This document shows, piece by piece, positions 6,907 to 11,773 of a stretch of 11,773 nucleotides of DNA. Below the pieces are notes generated by a model. It worked only from the letters and a program-made list of their open reading frames with translations. It made no database searches and had not been told where the DNA came from. Location: contig BTVV01000164.1 of assembly GCA_045863855.1 (NCBI GenBank), forward strand, positions 1 to 11,773, written 5' to 3'. The DNA comes from Planctomycetota bacterium. Its GTDB lineage: Bacteria > Planctomycetota > SZUA-567 > H5-PLA8. The position numbers were made by a program, and so were the translations under genes. The first letter of the stretch is position 1; every line of letters begins with the position of its first letter.

Positions 6907-6953
6907 TTGCACCATGTGCCTGGCGGGTTATAACCCGTCCAACTTTGGGCGGG
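6907..6953 (+). promoter_or_regulatory. Putative sigma70 promoter of the helicase operon with overlapping palindromes
   Basis: TTGCAC (6907-6912)-N16-TATAAC (6929-6934), about 130 bp upstream of ATG 7063. The -10 box lies inside the perfect palindrome CGGGTTATAACCCG (6924-6937), followed by CCCGTCCAA-CT-TTGGGCGGG (6934-6953). Confidence 0.55.
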
Positions 6954-7062
6954 ATTCACATAGCGATTCCAGTTTCGGGCGGCTGCGTTGCCGAAGTCCA
7001 GGCTGGCCGAGAATACCTCGCCCAAGGCCTTGGCCGGCATCTATTGAACTTGCGGGGCGGGC

Positions 7063-10000
7063 ATGGCGAAGCTGGAAGAACTCCTACCGAATGCCGCTGT
7101 GAAGGGCATCCTGCCAAACGCCCAGGTAACCGTGGTCAACGTCCAGTGGCATGGGTCGGAAGCCATCGAGCTGACCTACAAGGACCCCACCGGGCGCGTG
7201 GATCAGCGCCTGCTGTACCGTCACGACGAACCCGAACTTGAAGTCGTCGAAGTTGGGCGGCCATGGAGCTTCGACGGGGACGGCGCGCTGTTCCGTCTTG
7301 TTTCCGAAGCCCATCGTATCAGGCTCGCCCATCTCTTCGATCCCGTGCTCGCCGTACACACCTCGCTCGTGGATCCGCTCCCGCACCAAATCACGGCCGT
7401 CTACGAAGCCATGCTCCCGCGCCAGCCCCTGCGCTTCCTGCTCGCCGACGATCCCGGCGCGGGTAAGACCATCATGGCCGGACTCTTCATTAAGGAGTTG
7501 ATCGTCCGCGGCGACCTCCACCGCTGCCTGATCGTCTGCCCCGGCAGCCTGGCCGAGCAGTGGCAAGACGAGTTGTACCGGCGCTTCCACCTGCCCTTCG
7601 ATATTCTCACCAACGACAAGCTCGAAGCCGCGCGCACTGGGAACTGGTTCATGGAGAACAACCTCGTTATCGCGCGGCTGGACAAGCTCTCCCGCAACGA
7701 GGATGTGCAGGACAAGCTCAAGGCTCCCGACTGCCGCTGGGACCTGGTGGTCTGCGACGAAGCCCACAAGCTCAGCGCCACGTTCTTCGGCGGCGAAGTG
7801 AAGTACACGAAGCGCTACCGGATCGGACAGCTACTCTCCACGATCACCCGCCACTTCCTGCTGATGACGGCCACGCCACACAACGGGAAGGAAGCGGACT
7901 TTCAGCTCTTCATGGCTCTGCTGGACGGCGACCGCTTCGAGGGTAAGTTCCGGGACGGCGCGCACACCGCCGACGTGTCAGACCTGATGCGCCGCATGGT
8001 CAAGGAAAAGCTGCTCAAATTCGACGGCCGGCCGCTCTTCCCGGAACGCATCGCCAAGACCGTGCCCTACAAGCTGACCGACGCCGAGGCGCGCCTGTAC
8101 AAGCAGGTGACCGATTACGTCCGCGAGGAGTTCAACCGCGCCGAAGCGCTCATGAACGACAAGCGGGCCGGCACGGTGGGCTTCGCGCTCACGATCTTGC
8201 AGCGCCGGTTGGCGTCTTCGCCTGAAGCCATCTTCCAATCGCTCCGCCGCCGCAAGGAACGCCTGGAGAGCCGCCAGCGCGAACTTCAAATCCTGCAGCG
8301 CGGGGCCATCGCGGACGCCATTGCCTCCGACGTACCCGCCATGGATGCCGAAGACCTGGAAGATTTAGAGGACGCGCCGGGCGAGGAACTGGAGCAGGCC
8401 GAAGAGCAGATCGTGGACCAGGCCACTGCGGCGCGGACCATTGACGAATTGAAGGCCGAGATCGTCACGCTCAAGAAGCTGGAAAACCTAGCCAACGAGG
8501 TCCGGCGCGGCGGCGAGGACAAGAAGTGGGCCGAACTGACCACGCTCCTGACGGAGATCTTCACGCCCGCTGCCATCGCGAATCGAGCCGCAGAAGATAC
8601 GCCCGCCTACGGCAAGGACGCGCCACCCAAGCCGAAGCCGTCGCCAGGCCAGAAGCTGGTACTCTTCACCGAACACCGCGACACCATGACCTACCTGAAG
8701 GACAAGATCTCCACGCTCCTGGGCAAACCCGACGCCGTGGTCACGATCCACGGCGGGATGGGGCGTGAGGACCGCCGAAAGGCGCAAGAAGCCTTCCGCC
8801 ACGATCCCGAGGTTAAGGTGCTGCTGGCCACCGATGCCGCCGGCGAAGGTATCAACCTCCAGCGCGCCCACCTGATGGTCAACTACGACCTGCCCTGGAA
8901 CCCGAACCGGTTGGAGCAGCGCTTCGGGCGCATCCACCGCATCGGCCAGACCGAAGTTTGCCACCTCTGGAACCTGATCGCCGACGAGACGCGGGAAGGC
9001 GACGTGTACCGGACACTGCTGGAGAAGCTCGAAGAGGCCCGCAAGGCCTTGGGAGGGCAGGTTTTCGACGTGCTGGGCAAGCTCCAGTTCCAGGGCAAGC
9101 CCCTGCGCGAACTTCTGATGGAAGCCGTCCGCTACGGGGAGAAGCCGGAAGTAAGGGCGCGGCTGAACCAGGTCATCACCGGAGCGTTCGACCAGAATCA
9201 GATTCAGGACCTGCTGGAAGAGCGGGCGCTCGCCACCGACACTATGGACGCGAGCCGCGTCCGGCGGGTCCGGGAAGATATGGAACGCGCCGAAGCCCGG
9301 CGGCTCCAACCTCACTACATCGAATCCTTCTTCCTGGAGGCATTTCAACGCCTGGGCGGGACGGTCAAGCAGCGCGAGCCACGCCGCTACGAAATCACCC
9401 ACGTGCCCGCGCCGATCCGCAATCTCGACCGGCTGATCGGCGTGGGCGAGGCCGTCCTGCCGCGCTACGAGCGCGTCGCCTTTGAGAAGGACCTGATCGC
9501 GCCGCAGGGCCAGCCTCTGGCAGCCTTTGTCTGTCCGGGCCACCCGCTCCTGGACGCCACGCTCGACCTGACCACGGAACGCCACCGCGACCTACTCCGG
9601 CGCGGCTCGGTCCTGGTGGACGAACGCGATCCGGGCACGAAACCGCGCATGCTCTTTTACCTGGAGCACGCCATCCAGGACGCCAGCGTGACGCGCAGCG
9701 GCGAGCGCCGCACGATCTCCCGCCGCATGCTGTACGTGGAACTCGATGAAGCCGGGAACGCGCGGCACCTGCATTACGCACCGTACCTGGACTACAGGCC
9801 CTTAATGGAAGCCGAGCCGGGCGTGGACGCCCTGCTGGCTCTGCCCGAGTGCGCCTGGATCACCCGCGACTTGGAGAAGAAGGCGCAGGCTCACGCCATC
9901 GGCAACGTGGTTCCGGAGCACCTGAAGGAGGTCAAAGGCCGCAGGGTGGAATGGATCGCCAAGACCAAGGCGGCGGTGCAGGAACGGCTGACCAAGGAAA

Positions 10001-10641
10001 TCAACCACTGGGACCACCGCGCCGAAGTCCTGAAGGCTCAGGAGCAGGCCGGGAAGCCCAACGCCAAGCTCAACAGCCAGGAAGCCCGGCGCCGCGCCAA
10101 CGAATTATCGGGCCGGCTGCACAAGCGCCTGGAGCAGCTTGGTCTGGAAGGCCAGATTTCCGCGCAGCCGCCGGTGGTCCTGGGCGGGCTGATCGTGGTG
10201 CCGATGGGGATGCTGGCGAAGATTGCGGGCGGTCCGGCCCCTGTGTCCCTGAACCCGGTGGATACACAGGCTTCCGCCGCGCGCGCGCGGGCCATCGTAA
10301 TTGAGGTCGAGCGCGGTCTCGGCTTCGATCCCACCGACCGCGAGTTGGAGAAGCTCGGCTACGATGTCGAAAGCCGCGTGCCGGGCACCGGGGAGTTGCG
10401 CTTCATCGAGGTGAAGGGACGCGTCGCCGGTGCTGCCACCATCACCGTCACAAAGAATGAAATCCTCTACTCACTGAATATGCCAGAGAGCTTCATCCTG
10501 GCAATCGTGGAATTCCTTGATGGGGATAGGCACCGTGTTCATTACGTGCGTCAGCCGTTCAGACGCGAGCCGGACTTCGGCGTAACCAGCGTGAACTACG
10601 ACCTGGACGAGCTGATCGGGCGCGCGGAGTCGCCGCGATGA
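7063..10641 (+). CDS. SNF2-family (SF2) helicase/ATPase with C-terminal DUF3883 (NO VEIN C-terminal, PD-(D/E)xK-like) domain, 1192 aa
   Basis: LPHQ (Q motif), LLADDPGAGKT (I), VCDEAHK (II), LLMTATPH (III), VLFTEHRDT (IV), ATDAAGEGINLQ (V), YDLPWNPNRLEQRFGRIHRIGQ (VI). C-terminal GYDVESR...RFIEVKGR...VTKNE. Strong GC3 bias. Confidence 0.96.
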   Translation: MAKLEELLPNAAVKGILPNAQVTVVNVQWHGSEAIELTYKDPTGRVDQRLLYRHDEPELEVVEVGRPWSFDGDGALFRLVSEAHRIRLAHLFDPVLAVHTSLVDPLPHQITAVYEAMLPRQPLRFLLADDPGAGKTIMAGLFIKELIVRGDLHRCLIVCPGSLAEQWQDELYRRFHLPFDILTNDKLEAARTGNWFMENNLVIARLDKLSRNEDVQDKLKAPDCRWDLVVCDEAHKLSATFFGGEVKYTKRYRIGQLLSTITRHFLLMTATPHNGKEADFQLFMALLDGDRFEGKFRDGAHTADVSDLMRRMVKEKLLKFDGRPLFPERIAKTVPYKLTDAEARLYKQVTDYVREEFNRAEALMNDKRAGTVGFALTILQRRLASSPEAIFQSLRRRKERLESRQRELQILQRGAIADAIASDVPAMDAEDLEDLEDAPGEELEQAEEQIVDQATAARTIDELKAEIVTLKKLENLANEVRRGGEDKKWAELTTLLTEIFTPAAIANRAAEDTPAYGKDAPPKPKPSPGQKLVLFTEHRDTMTYLKDKISTLLGKPDAVVTIHGGMGREDRRKAQEAFRHDPEVKVLLATDAAGEGINLQRAHLMVNYDLPWNPNRLEQRFGRIHRIGQTEVCHLWNLIADETREGDVYRTLLEKLEEARKALGGQVFDVLGKLQFQGKPLRELLMEAVRYGEKPEVRARLNQVITGAFDQNQIQDLLEERALATDTMDASRVRRVREDMERAEARRLQPHYIESFFLEAFQRLGGTVKQREPRRYEITHVPAPIRNLDRLIGVGEAVLPRYERVAFEKDLIAPQGQPLAAFVCPGHPLLDATLDLTTERHRDLLRRGSVLVDERDPGTKPRMLFYLEHAIQDASVTRSGERRTISRRMLYVELDEAGNARHLHYAPYLDYRPLMEAEPGVDALLALPECAWITRDLEKKAQAHAIGNVVPEHLKEVKGRRVEWIAKTKAAVQERLTKEINHWDHRAEVLKAQEQAGKPNAKLNSQEARRRANELSGRLHKRLEQLGLEGQISAQPPVVLGGLIVVPMGMLAKIAGGPAPVSLNPVDTQASAARARAIVIEVERGLGFDPTDRELEKLGYDVESRVPGTGELRFIEVKGRVAGAATITVTKNEILYSLNMPESFILAIVEFLDGDRHRVHYVRQPFRREPDFGVTSVNYDLDELIGRAESPR

Positions 10642-11773
10642 TCGAAAGCCCTCCATTCTTCGAGAGCATTCGGAAGAAAGCCTCCGCAAGGTGGGATCAG
10701 CTTGAAAGCGACCCCGATCTCGCTGGCCCTTGGCACCAGCTCTTCAAACAAGTTCAGAGCCCGCGCCACGTTCTTTCCGAGTTGCTTCAGAACGCTGATG
10801 ACGCCGGTGCCCGCGAGGCCGCTGTACGGATCAAGGACGGCGCGTTTGTCTTCGAGCACGACGGAGAGGACTTCAGCGAGGATCACTTTTCATCGCTGTG
10901 CCGATTTGGCTATTCCAACAAGCGCGATCTACACACGATCGGATTCCGGGGTATTGGCTTCAAAAGCACTTTCAGTCTAGGCGATTGCGTCGAGGTATAC
11001 ACGCCGTCTCTCTCTGTTTGCTTTGATCACCGTAGATTCACTGAGCCTCGCTGGTCGAAAAATGGAGACCGTTCGGACGGCAAGACTCGCATCCGCGTCG
11101 CTATCAAAGACGAGCATCGCCGACGAGAAGTAGAAAAAAACCTTGAAGAGTGGCAAAGGAGCCCGCTATCACTCCTCTTCTTCAAGCGAATTCGCCGAAT
11201 GCGCGTGGGGGACGTAGAAGTTCATTGGAGGGCAATCGACGTTGGCCCCGTGCGCGATAGCGAATGGATAAAGCTCGGCGATGATAACAGCCCGGCCTTC
11301 CTTCTGATCCGCTCGAAGGCCGAACCTTTTCCAGAAGAGTCACAGGCCGAAATCCGACAGGAGCGAATGGTTTCTGACGAGGCAGGAGCAGACTTCCCAC
11401 CTTGCAAGGTTGAAATTGTATTGGGCGTAAAGGGCCGCCTTCACGTCGTCCTCCCAACAGGCGTAGAAACAGCCCTCCCCTTCGCATGCAACGCGCCTTT
11501 CATCCAGGACCCTTCCCGGATGAAGATCAAAGATGTAGAGATCTCCCCGACAAACCGATGGTTACTCCAACGCGCGGGAAATCTTGCGGCCACGTCGATG
11601 CTGGCGTGGTTGAGCCTTCCTGGCATGCCCGACACCGAGCGTGCAAACGCCTATGGACTTTTCCCCGACATGAATCGAGAGGACAACTCGCTCGAAAGCG
11701 CCTGCGGTACCATCGTCGAAGAGTCGTTCGCTGCGTCCATTGGCGGCCAGCGCTTCATTCTCACAGACGATGG
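10638..11773 (+). CDS. Sacsin/NO VEIN-like GHKL (HSP90-like) ATPase domain protein, N-terminal part; runs off the right edge
   Basis: Hand translation, open for 378 codons from ATG 10638 (ATGA overlap with the helicase stop): MIESPPFFESIRKKASARWDQLESDPDLAGPWHQLFKQVQSPRHVLSELLQNADDAGA...FEHDGEDF...LCRFGYSNK...TIGFRGIGFKSTFSLGD...LLFFKRIRR...VVLPTGVETALPFACNAPF.QDPSR...NRWLL. Contains the N-box, G1 and G2 boxes and the LP..T.LPF..NAPF...R motif. Absent from the ORF track. Confidence 0.93.
   Translation, partial: MIESPPFFESIRKKASARWDQLESDPDLAGPWHQLFKQVQSPRHVLSELLQNADDAGAREAAVRIKDGAFVFEHDGEDFSEDHFSSLCRFGYSNKRDLHTIGFRGIGFKSTFSLGDCVEVYTPSLSVCFDHRRFTEPRWSKNGDRSDGKTRIRVAIKDEHRRREVEKNLEEWQRSPLSLLFFKRIRRMRVGDVEVHWRAIDVGPVRDSEWIKLGDDNSPAFLLIRSKAEPFPEESQAEIRQERMVSDEAGADFPPCKVEIVLGVKGRLHVVLPTGVETALPFACNAPFIQDPSRMKIKDVEISPTNRWLLQRAGNLAATSMLAWLSLPGMPDTERANAYGLFPDMNREDNSLESACGTIVEESFAASIGGQRFILTDD

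Noticed and set aside
6360..7241. ORFs across the long intergenic region (6395-6718, 6383-6820, 6660-7241, 6813-7040)
   Set aside because: No convincing SD, codon bias or protein-like composition.
7084..10334. Many antisense and alternative-frame ORFs within the helicase (e.g. 8488-9585)
   Set aside because: Shadow frames of a strongly biased gene.
1..11773. CRISPR array, tRNA or rRNA genes; IS66 TnpB as an RNA-guided nuclease
   Set aside because: No periodic repeat-spacer pattern or RNA gene signatures seen. IS66 TnpB is a small accessory protein unrelated to IS200/IS605 TnpB.

Overview
High-GC bacterial accessory (defence-island-like) region in three parts. (1) 1-3074: nested insertion sequences. 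The 5' part of an IS4-family (IS50/Tn5-like) element on the - strand (transposase absent from the ORF track) ends at 602. It abuts what looks like the cut left inverted repeat of a three-gene IS66 element (tnpA-tnpB-tnpC) whose right end is at 3074. (2) 3075-7062: compositionally mixed small genes, mostly on the - strand: a small 2-TM protein, a DUF3232-like helical protein, an unusual LGFP-repeat/YkvA (DUF1232) fusion, a membrane-anchored coiled-coil protein and an 87-aa hypothetical. A + strand XRE HTH regulator sits among them, followed by a 660-bp palindrome-rich intergenic region with a sigma70-like promoter. (3) 7063-end: a 1192-aa SNF2-type helicase with a C-terminal DUF3883 PD-(D/E)xK nuclease-like domain. 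It overlaps (ATGA) a sacsin/NO VEIN-like GHKL ATPase gene that runs off the window and is also absent from the ORF track. This helicase-nuclease plus GHKL ATPase pair is the best candidate for an uncharacterised restriction-like anti-phage module. All family calls come from motif recognition by eye, not from database searches.
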